DNA of 64,000 nucleotides, from positions 3,386 to 67,385 of the forward strand of contig JACKPT010000015.1 of NCBI GenBank assembly GCA_024233345.1. Direction: 5' to 3'. The notes under the pieces were generated by a model. That model saw only the letters and a list, made by a program, of their open reading frames with translations, had not been told where the DNA came from and searched no databases. Shown here in pieces: positions 29,628-37,052 of this stretch; positions within the stretch are counted from its first letter, which is position 1, and each line of letters starts with the position of its first letter. Origin of the DNA: Verrucomicrobiota bacterium (lineage in GTDB: Bacteria; Verrucomicrobiota; Kiritimatiellia; CAIVKH01). The position numbers were made by a program, and so were the translations under genes.

Positions 29628-30911
29628 ATGGCGAAATATCACTTTGTAGCACTGGATTCCCGGGGTCAGGAGACCAAGGGAGAGATTGAGGCAAGCGACC
29701 AAACCTCGGCGCTATCCCGAATCCGTGAAAAAGGCCTGTTCCCAACCAACGTAACCGAAGTCACCCCCAAAGCCGCCACCACCAAAAAGTCCGGGGGCAG
29801 TAAAGGCAAGGGCAAGTCCGGGAGCAATGATCTGCTCAAAAAAGAGCTCAAGATGCCCAAGCTCTTTGTCAAGGTGAAGCCCAAGGAACTGATGGTATTC
29901 ACCCGCCAGCTCGCCACTTTGGTGGATGCCGGGCTTCCCCTGGTGCGTTGTCTGCAAGTGCTGGAACGACAGGAAAAAAATCCCCTGCTGAAGGAATCAC
30001 TCGGGACCATGGCCGAGGCGATTCAGACCGGCAGCACCTTCGCCGAATCCCTGGCCGCCCATCCCAAGCTGTTCAATAAACTATATGTCAACATGGCCAA
30101 GGCGGGTGAGGTCGGCGGGGTGCTCGATCAGGTACTGATCCGGCTCGCGGAATTCATGGAGAAGGCCCAGAAGATCAAGAACAAGGTGGTCAGTGCCATG
30201 GTCTACCCGATCGTGGTCATGTTCATGGCCGTGGGTATCCTGGTTTTCCTGATGGTGGTGATCATCCCCAAGTTCCAACAGATCTTTAACGACCTGCTCC
30301 AGGGCCAGCCTCTGCCGGGGTTGACCCAGTTCGTCATGGCGATCAGTGCGGGTATGACCGAGCACCTGCTCACCGTGATCCCGGTTATCTTCGGACTGTA
30401 TTTCGGTATCAAACTCCTCGCCAAAACCAAAAAAGGCGCGGGCATCGTGGACCGGATCAAACTGAATGTCCCCCTGTTCGGAAACCTGATCCGCAAGACG
30501 GTGATCGGCCGCTTCTGCCGCACCCTCGGCACCCTCATGTCCTCGGGCGTGCCGGTTCTCCAGGCCCTCAACATTGTCCGGGATACGTCCGGCAATGAGG
30601 TCATTGCCAAGGCGGTCAACTCCATCCATGACGCGGTCAAGGAGGGCGAAAACATGGCGCCCCCGATTGAGGCTACTGGCGTCTTCCCGCCCATGGTGGT
30701 CAGCATGGTCCAGGTCGGAGAAGAAACCGGTGAATTGCCGGAAATGCTCACCAAGATTGCCGACAACTATGACGACGAAGTCGACAACGCGGTCGCCGGC
30801 CTCACCTCGGTCATCGAACCGCTCCTCATCGTGTTCCTAGCGGTGGTCGTCGGCACCATCGTCATCGCTCTGTTCCTCCCCCTGATCTCGATCATCGGGA
30901 ACCTGAGCTAA
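29628..30911 (+). CDS. pilC: GspF/PilC-family inner-membrane platform protein
   Basis: 427 aa, with two T2SSF repeats (FTRQLATLVDAGLPL and FCRTLGTLMSSGVPV) and three TM segments. Confidence 0.88.
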   Translation: MAKYHFVALDSRGQETKGEIEASDQTSALSRIREKGLFPTNVTEVTPKAATTKKSGGSKGKGKSGSNDLLKKELKMPKLFVKVKPKELMVFTRQLATLVDAGLPLVRCLQVLERQEKNPLLKESLGTMAEAIQTGSTFAESLAAHPKLFNKLYVNMAKAGEVGGVLDQVLIRLAEFMEKAQKIKNKVVSAMVYPIVVMFMAVGILVFLMVVIIPKFQQIFNDLLQGQPLPGLTQFVMAISAGMTEHLLTVIPVIFGLYFGIKLLAKTKKGAGIVDRIKLNVPLFGNLIRKTVIGRFCRTLGTLMSSGVPVLQALNIVRDTSGNEVIAKAVNSIHDAVKEGENMAPPIEATGVFPPMVVSMVQVGEETGELPEMLTKIADNYDDEVDNAVAGLTSVIEPLLIVFLAVVVGTIVIALFLPLISIIGNLS

Positions 30912-30915
30912 ATAA

Positions 30916-31040
30916 GGTTTCAGGTTTCAGGTGTCAGGTTTCAGGTGTCAGGATATATGGTTTCCCTTGGTCGGGCAGGCAGGTGTCGGCGACGAGAAGC
31001 CTTCGTATTCCTGAAACCTGAACACTGACACCTGACACCT
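30916..31040. repeat. Inverted run of ggtttcaggtgtcagg / cctgaaacctgacacc modules (left flank of the four-helix-bundle cassette)
   Basis: 30916-30952 reads ggtttcaggtttcaggtgtcaggtttcaggtgtcagg. 31010-31040 reads cctgaaacctgaacactgacacctgacacc, an imperfect reverse complement. Confidence 0.75.
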
Positions 31041-31054
31041 TTAAATCCTGAAGT

Positions 31055-31513
31055 ATGACCGACAAAACCTGGCTTGCAGTTGAAGATCTCGAGGTCTACC
31101 AAAAGTTGTGTGCTCTCCACTTGAAGGTATGTGAACTCTCTCATCAATGGCCCGCAGAAGAACGGTATGAATTAGGCAGTCAAGTTAGGCGCTCCTCCAA
31201 TAGTTCACCCGCGCAGTTGGCTGAAAAGAATGACGATCGACACGTTCGAAATAAGATTGAAGGGGTCAATCGCGCCCGTGGTGAAGCGGCGGAAACGATT
31301 CATCACCTGTACATGGCGACATTGAAATCCTATGTTTCTCAAGAGGTATTTCATGACTACCGTGCCCGTTATCAGGAATGCATTCGGATGCTTAATGGCC
31401 TGGAGCGCACCCTCGAACGCAAACTGCCTGAAGAATCACGCCGTTGGCAGGCCAGAGAAACTAGTTCTGATTACGGAAGATCCCTGCGCGGTTGGCCAGA
31501 GAGCGCAGGATGA
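31055..31513 (+). CDS. Four-helix-bundle protein (23S rRNA intervening-sequence protein / Avd-like family)
   Basis: DLEVYQKLCALHLKVCELSHQWPAEERYELGSQVRRSSNSSPAQLAEK matches the family pattern (helix, fp..e.y.l..Q.rR...S...N.aE). 152 aa. Confidence 0.8.
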   Translation: MTDKTWLAVEDLEVYQKLCALHLKVCELSHQWPAEERYELGSQVRRSSNSSPAQLAEKNDDRHVRNKIEGVNRARGEAAETIHHLYMATLKSYVSQEVFHDYRARYQECIRMLNGLERTLERKLPEESRRWQARETSSDYGRSLRGWPESAG

Positions 31514-31514
31514 G

Positions 31515-31735
31515 GTGTCAGAGAGGTTTCAGGTTTCAGTGTTCAGGTGTCGGGGATGAGTTTTCAGGTTACAGTGTTCGGGTGTATGTTAACGATTCAC
31601 AATAGCCACCACCTGCCTGCCCGGTCAGGGATACTAGGCTACCCGTCCAGAGTAACCTCCTCTTTCCTAAAACCTGCCTGCCCGGCCAGGGAAACCCGAC
31701 ACCTGACACCTGAAACCCGACACCTGAAACCTCCT
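31515..31735. repeat. Mosaic repeat block (right flank of the four-helix-bundle cassette)
   Basis: Contains ggtgtcagagaggtttcaggtttcagtgttcaggtgtcgggg, then cctgcctgcccggtcaggg, then aacctgcctgcccggccagggaaacccgacacctgacacctgaaacccgacacctgaaacc. Confidence 0.75.
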
Positions 31736-31780
31736 CTTCCCGCCTCTGCGGGACGAAGCGGGATCACCCGTCCCGAAACC

Positions 31781-32308
31781 ATGATTCTGCTCTGCCTGCT
31801 TCTCGCCATGGCATCCATCGGGTTCGCGATCTGGGGGCAGGCCCGGAAGAACCAGCGGATTGCCCAGACCTACCATGAGCTGCGATCCATGCTGACTGCC
31901 TGTTCCCGCTATTACCGGGAATACGGGGTTTGGCCGGTGGAGGGCGAGCCGGTGGTGGGACGGGATGTCGTGGTCGGCATGGATGGAATCAATCGTTCGG
32001 TCTTTTTCCGGCTTGCTGCCCGGGAGGGGGAGGGGAATGAGGGTAACCGATACAATGCGCGCCAGATCGACTACCTGATCCCGCTCCCCGACGATCCCCG
32101 GCCCACGACCCTGACCTTCAATCGCCAGGGCGATGCCCTCGACCCTTGGGGGAATCCCTACCGTCTCTCCTTCGACGCCAACTTCGACGGCACCCTGGAA
32201 ATCCGCGGCGACTACGCCACTCGCATCCCTGGCGAAGGGGTCGCGATCTGGTCCGCCGGCCCCGATCAGCGATACGGTACCCGCCACGATATCCGGTCGT
32301 GGCGGTGA
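31781..32308 (+). CDS. GspG-like pseudopilin lacking a canonical prepilin leader
   Basis: Has an N-terminal hydrophobic helix MILLCLLLAMASIGFAIW and a C-terminal GspG-type core, DPWGNPYRLSFD...IWSAGPDQRYGT. The track ORF (from 31547) runs upstream through repeat DNA. Confidence 0.6.
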   Translation: MILLCLLLAMASIGFAIWGQARKNQRIAQTYHELRSMLTACSRYYREYGVWPVEGEPVVGRDVVVGMDGINRSVFFRLAAREGEGNEGNRYNARQIDYLIPLPDDPRPTTLTFNRQGDALDPWGNPYRLSFDANFDGTLEIRGDYATRIPGEGVAIWSAGPDQRYGTRHDIRSWR

Positions 32309-32312
32309 GGTT

Positions 32313-32597
32313 AATTTGAGATTTATGATTTAAGATTTAAGATTGAAGATTTGTGATCTGGGGATTTGAGATTGAGATTTGTGATTGGGGAAAATTCACC
32401 ACAGAGGTCATAGAGAATCACAGAGGGATAGGGTGATGGGTCACCTCGTAGCGTGGGTCTCCAGACCCGCGTATTTGTAGCCGGGCTGAACACAACCGAT
32501 TACGATTACGAGCATGATTACGCGTATAAGCCGACTGCCAGGGCCTGCCCGGCGAGGGACACCTGAAACCTAAAACCCGACACCTGCCTGCCCGGGC
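32313..32597. repeat. Composite mosaic repeat (modules A-B-C-D-E-F), including 117-bp core copy 1 (32387-32503)
   Basis: See the finding on mosaic repeats. Core copy 1 differs from copy 2 at 4 positions. Confidence 0.85.
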
Positions 32598-32770
32598 AAA
32601 GCGTGACATGCAGACGTTCGCTGGGTAGTATTTCCCTATGGAGCTAAGTAGCGTCAGTGGATTTCAGGAGGAGACAAGGCAAGATCGACAGCGCCACCGA
32701 TCAATGACCCCGGAACAGAGGCTTGATCTGGTCGAGCAATTGCGGATCCGCCATGAAAAGATGTTCGGCC

Positions 32771-33214
32771 ATGATTACCCATCCCGACTTCGAAGAGTTT
32801 TTGGCACTTCTGGCCAAACATCACGTTGAGTACATGCTGGTCGGGGGCTATGCCGTGGCATTTCATGGCTACCCCAGATTTACCAGGGATCTCGATGTTT
32901 TTTACCGGTGCACTGAGGAAAACATCACCAAACTCAGGAATTCTTTGATCGAATTTGGTTTTACCCGGAACCAGGTTCAGGAGCAGCCCTTTGAGAAGCC
33001 GGGTGAAATCATCCACTTCGGAGTGGAACCGATCCGGATCGACCTGCTCAACGAGGTGGACGGAATTACCTTTGAAGAGGCTCTCCCCCATGCCGTTCAA
33101 GGTTCATACGGACGCACCCCGGCAACCTTTATTGGTAGACGCCACCTGCTTCAAAACAAACGCGCAACCCCGAGGCTGAAAGACAAGGCCGATGTTGAGG
33201 AACTGGAGGGCTAA
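32771..33214 (+). CDS. Nucleotidyltransferase-fold protein (AbiEii/DUF6036-like), function unknown
   Basis: GGYAVAFHGYPRFTRDLDVF fits the pol-beta NTase G[GS]-x(9-13)-D-x-D pattern. The C-terminus is RRHLLQNKRATPRLKDKADVEELE. I chose ATG 32771 within track ORF 32723-33214. Confidence 0.55.
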   Translation: MITHPDFEEFLALLAKHHVEYMLVGGYAVAFHGYPRFTRDLDVFYRCTEENITKLRNSLIEFGFTRNQVQEQPFEKPGEIIHFGVEPIRIDLLNEVDGITFEEALPHAVQGSYGRTPATFIGRRHLLQNKRATPRLKDKADVEELEG

Positions 33215-33229
33215 CGTAGAAGACCGTTG

Positions 33230-33719
33230 AAGTTCACCGCGGAGGGATTGGGTGATTGAATACTGCGGATTGAAGATTGATGATTTGGGATTTGTGATTG
33301 GGGAAGATTCACCACAGAGGTCACAGAGAATCACAGAGGGATAGGGTGATGGGTCACCTCGTAGCGTGGGTCTCCAGACCCGCGTATTTGGAGTCGGGCT
33401 GAACACAACCGATTACAATTACGATTACGAGCATGAGCGCAGAGTAGGGATTTTAGATTCCAGATTGATGATTTGAGATTTGTGATTGGGGAAGATTCAC
33501 CACAGAGGACACAGAGAATCACAGAGGGATAGGGTGATGGGTAACCTCGTAGCGTGGGTCTCCAGACCCGCGTATTTGGAGTCGGGCTGAACACAACCGA
33601 TTACGATTACGAGCATGATTACGCGTAAGAGCCGACTGCCAGGGCCTGCCCGGCCAGGGACACCTGAAAACACCAAAACCCTGAAACCCGAAACCTGCCT
33701 GCCCGGCCAGGGAAACCTG
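33230..33719. repeat. Two tandem composite mosaic repeats (period 188 bp), with 117-bp core copies 2 (33300-33416) and 3 (33488-33604)
   Basis: Cores 2 and 3 differ at 2 of 117 positions (read directly from the sequence). They are followed by gccgactgccagggcctgcccggccagggacacctgaaa... modules. Confidence 0.9.
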
Positions 33720-33825
33720 GCCCCCCCGAAACCTTTTTCCACTCTTCTCTTTCCAAATAAAAGGCGTAGGTGTAGCCTTTTACCACGATTGATGTAGTAG
33801 ACATGAAACAGATGAAGGTGAGGAC

Positions 33826-34287
33826 ATGATAAACCGGGCTAGAAATGAACTTTCTTCCAGTGAACTTTCCCGGTGGCGCAGGCAGATGCAGCAGGGTTTC
33901 ACCCTGGTTGAACTGTTGGTGGTCATGTCGATCATCGGGATCCTGGTGGGTCTTACCATCGGTATCGCTGGGTTAGCTGGTCGTAAATCTGCCGATGCAC
34001 AAGCCATTGCCGAAATTCAGCGACTTTCCATGGCCCTCGATCAATATCGAGCTGAGTATGGTGCTTATCCGAATTTTGGGCCGGCACTGACAAATATGCC
34101 GAATTCTGTTTCAAACGACCTGACCAGGGCTGACGGAAAAATCAGGGCTCAGGAATTATCATTCATCGATCCCTGGGGTAACGGATACCGGTATACCTGG
34201 TCATCGAAATATCAAATCGAAATACGCTCACTCGGAGCAGATACTTCATTGGATGAGGATGATTTGATCAGCGGCCAGCAAAATTAG
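33826..34287 (+). CDS. GspG-like major pseudopilin (prepilin-type N-terminal cleavage/methylation domain)
   Basis: Contains QQGFTLVELLVVMSIIGILVGL and the GspG-type core DPWGNGYRY...SLGAD. AGGTGAGG lies upstream of the ATG. Confidence 0.8.
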   Translation: MINRARNELSSSELSRWRRQMQQGFTLVELLVVMSIIGILVGLTIGIAGLAGRKSADAQAIAEIQRLSMALDQYRAEYGAYPNFGPALTNMPNSVSNDLTRADGKIRAQELSFIDPWGNGYRYTWSSKYQIEIRSLGADTSLDEDDLISGQQN

Positions 34288-34377
34288 CCCATTTTCCGGC
34301 AAGGCCTACACAGTCCGTTTGCAACTCGGTATGATATAGACAGGTGCTGTAAAGCATTGAACATAAATAGGTAAATC

Positions 34378-35007
34378 ATGAATACTATGCTTTTGAAAAC
34401 TTGCAGGATAACGCATGAGAATCCGAGGCTCACCCCGGAAAATCATTGGTCTGACCGGATTCCAGCCGCCGCGATTCCTGCCCGGGATCGGCAGCGAGCA
34501 AGTGCAGCATTTACGCTGATTGAGCTGTTGGTGGTCATTGCGATCATTGCCATCCTTGCCGGGCTGCTGCTTCCAACCCTTTCTTCAGCATTTAAATCAG
34601 CGGATAAGTCCAAGGCAAATACCGAAGTTCGCGGACTCGAGACCGCAGTCAAACAGTATGTCAATGAGTACAGCAAGTTCCCATTGCAAACCGGGTCGGG
34701 CAGCGACACCGTCCTTACCACCGGGAATGCGGCGATCCTCGATGTTTTGCGGGGACTGAATACCACCGAAAACCCCCGCGGCATCGTTTTTCTTGAGGTA
34801 GCCGACAATGGCATGGATGCCCTGGGGAATATGGTGGATCCGTGGGGCAGTGCCTATCGCCTGGCTTTCGATACCGACTATGACAACATCGTTTCCGCAG
34901 GGGGGAGTGTGGGAGATGTTCGGGGCCGGAATGTCATTGTTTGGTCGATCGGTCAAAATGCATCTGATTCCGATGTCGAAAATTTCATCACTTCCTGGAG
35001 CGAGTGA
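34378..35007 (+). CDS. GspG-like pseudopilin paralog with a long leader
   Basis: Contains SAAFTLIELLVVIAIIAILAGLLLPTL and DPWGSAYRLAFDTDYD. The leader is about 45 aa as drawn, so the true start is uncertain. Confidence 0.75.
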   Translation: MNTMLLKTCRITHENPRLTPENHWSDRIPAAAIPARDRQRASAAFTLIELLVVIAIIAILAGLLLPTLSSAFKSADKSKANTEVRGLETAVKQYVNEYSKFPLQTGSGSDTVLTTGNAAILDVLRGLNTTENPRGIVFLEVADNGMDALGNMVDPWGSAYRLAFDTDYDNIVSAGGSVGDVRGRNVIVWSIGQNASDSDVENFITSWSE

Positions 35008-35032
35008 GTGATCTGTTGACAGGCTTTAATCG

Positions 35033-35728
35033 ATGAACGCGACCAAACAGAAGAACATGGCGGCTAGGTGGAATGGGTTCACCCTGGTAGAGCTGCTCGT
35101 GGTGATAGCCCTGATGGGTTTGTTGATCGGGTTGACGATTCCCGCGTTTCAGAGCATGGGGCGGGGGACCGCTGCCAAGTCGGCCGTCGCCCAAGTCCGC
35201 GCGGCTCTGACCCTGGCTCGTCAGCATGCGATCGTCAACGGAGAGCGGACCTATGTCGTCTTCCCCAGCCTTCCCTCCCAAGGCGAAAAATACCTTCGCA
35301 GCTTCAATATTTATGGCCAATCCAATGGCTACCTCCAGGCTTGGACATATCTGCCTGGCGGCGTGGTCTTCATCAAGGATCGATCCAGCTTTTTCAATGA
35401 GAACTTGATCGATGACGACAAGAATGTCTTTGCCAATGGGAGTCTGCTTCCAAAAATCCAGTATGCATTGCCCTTTCCCTCGAACAATAGTCCGGATGTG
35501 GTCATGCGGGTGATCGGCTTCATGCCGGATGGCAAGCCGTTTTCAGTCGATGGAAATCTGCGGGGACCGGATGCCGAACTCTACATTACGGAGGGGACGG
35601 TATCGGTAAATCCGGGCACGGGGGTGGGAACCTATGCGGTCCGCTCGAAGGAGAATTCATCCCTTTACAGCGTCTCCCTCAACCCCCTGACCGGTATGTC
35701 CAAAGTTGTCGACTACCGGGCATTTTAG
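35033..35728 (+). CDS. GspH/FimT-like minor pseudopilin
   Basis: Contains WNGFTLVELLVVIALMGLLIGLTIPAF, followed by AVAQVRAALTLARQHAI. Confidence 0.7.
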   Translation: MNATKQKNMAARWNGFTLVELLVVIALMGLLIGLTIPAFQSMGRGTAAKSAVAQVRAALTLARQHAIVNGERTYVVFPSLPSQGEKYLRSFNIYGQSNGYLQAWTYLPGGVVFIKDRSSFFNENLIDDDKNVFANGSLLPKIQYALPFPSNNSPDVVMRVIGFMPDGKPFSVDGNLRGPDAELYITEGTVSVNPGTGVGTYAVRSKENSSLYSVSLNPLTGMSKVVDYRAF

Positions 35729-36249
35729 TGATGACTATGAAGGAACAATCAGGTCGTAACGCGGGCTTTTCCCTGGTCGAAATTGCTTTGGCCCTGATGG
35801 TCACTGCGGTAGGAATGATGGGGATCATGTCCCTGATTCCTGCCTCTTTGGATCTCAACAAGCGGGCCATTGAGGATGGTCAACTCAGCCTATTTGCCGA
35901 CCAGGTGTTAAATGGCTACCGGGCTGAAGTATTGCGCAACCCCTGGGCCCAGCGCTTCAATCATACCTTGAGCCCGATGTCTCCCGAGGTCTGGATTATC
36001 AGCGCCGGCAATCCTCTTACCGTCGAACCGGAACCCGGCACTGGGCTCTCGACAAACTTTTATACCTACAAATCGGCAGGTGGCCGGTTTGTCGAGGATC
36101 TGGTGGTTCGCTACCGGTTGCGCGTTGAAAACTCGAATTTCGATCCAAATATTCTGGAATGCGAGCTCGAGGTTTGGCCGGGTCAATTTGGTTCGGAACT
36201 AAATCCGCTCACCTACTATACGGAAATCTATCGGGGGGATGGGTTGTAA
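35728..36249 (+). CDS. GspI/PilV-like minor pseudopilin
   Basis: Contains NAGFSLVEIALALMVTAVGMMGIMSLIP. Its start overlaps the preceding stop. Confidence 0.65.
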   Translation: MMTMKEQSGRNAGFSLVEIALALMVTAVGMMGIMSLIPASLDLNKRAIEDGQLSLFADQVLNGYRAEVLRNPWAQRFNHTLSPMSPEVWIISAGNPLTVEPEPGTGLSTNFYTYKSAGGRFVEDLVVRYRLRVENSNFDPNILECELEVWPGQFGSELNPLTYYTEIYRGDGL

Positions 36250-37052
36250 TGCATCGCCCCGATACACCATGCCCGTCCCGCTGGTTCCGGCAATCCCGCG
36301 AATCCTGCCAGGCGTTTACGTTAATCGAACTGTTGGCCGGGATGGCGCTGCTCCTGATTATTGTCCTCTTCTTGTCCCGGGTGTTTGCTGATACCACATC
36401 CGCATGGCAAAACAGCAATAAGCGGATGGAAGCCAACATCAGCGGCCGGACGGCTCTGGAATTTATGGCCCGGGAAATCAGCTCCGCCATCGCGGATGGC
36501 ACCCTGCATTTAAAGCTGGAGTCTGATGCGGTATCCGTCCTCGGTAAACAAGCGGACCGCCTCTATTTTCTTGCTTCAGATCAGGTCTCGCGAAAGAAAA
36601 ATTCCACCTATCGCCAAGTGAAACAGGTGGGCTTTTCCGTGGGCGCCATGACGCATCCGGTTACCGGGGCCGATATGCCGCATCGGTTTGCCATCCGGCG
36701 TACCGGGGTGGAATCTCTGGGTAGCCAGTACTATCTGGCCTATCAAAAAGATGATTGGTGGACAACCATGGATGCCATCGCCTTTACCGAGGTCATCGCC
36801 GAAAATGTCCGGGACCTCAATTTCTGGGTCTATGATGCCTCCGGCAACAGTCTTGCGAATTATGACTCCACGGTGGACGGCCCGCCCGCTTTCATTGACA
36901 TCGTGGTGGAGATGTTGAGCGAATCGGACGCGATCAAGATTGCCGCCGCCAGTAGTGCTGCGCAGCGGGAAGAACTGGCGGACCGTGCCGCACATCGATA
37001 TTTCACCCGGGTCTTTTTCAACAACTATCAAGGATATGTGATCGCACCATGA
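36249..37052 (+). CDS. GspJ/PilW-like minor pseudopilin
   Basis: Contains CQAFTLIELLAGMALLLIIVLFLSRVFADTTSAW. ATG 36249 overlaps the preceding stop (TAATG). The track ORF starts at 36159. Confidence 0.65.
   Translation: MHRPDTPCPSRWFRQSRESCQAFTLIELLAGMALLLIIVLFLSRVFADTTSAWQNSNKRMEANISGRTALEFMAREISSAIADGTLHLKLESDAVSVLGKQADRLYFLASDQVSRKKNSTYRQVKQVGFSVGAMTHPVTGADMPHRFAIRRTGVESLGSQYYLAYQKDDWWTTMDAIAFTEVIAENVRDLNFWVYDASGNSLANYDSTVDGPPAFIDIVVEMLSESDAIKIAAASSAAQREELADRAAHRYFTRVFFNNYQGYVIAP

Noticed and set aside
820-31513. Diversity-generating retroelement: an Avd-like four-helix-bundle gene (31055-31513) together with FGE/C-type-lectin-fold proteins (832-2778; lectin-like segment ~55800-56190), which are typical DGR targets.
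   Set aside because: There is no reverse transcriptase ORF anywhere in the window. I found no template/variable repeat pair, and the C-terminal regions of the two FGE paralogs are clearly diverged rather than differing only at adenines. The four-helix-bundle gene is 28 kb from the FGE genes.
32313-33719. CRISPR array, suggested by near-identical repeats at 32387, 33300 and 33488.
   Set aside because: The repeats are 117 bp long. The spacing is irregular (913 and 188 bp) and one 'spacer' holds a complete gene. There are no cas genes, and the repeat sequence is composite.
30912-33825. Integron-like cassette array: small promoterless ORFs separated by structured repeats.
   Set aside because: There is no IntI-type tyrosine recombinase or attI nearby. 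The repeats are long mosaics of low-complexity modules rather than 60-140-bp attC sites with R''/L''-L'/R' cores. The same modules also occur next to very large genes.
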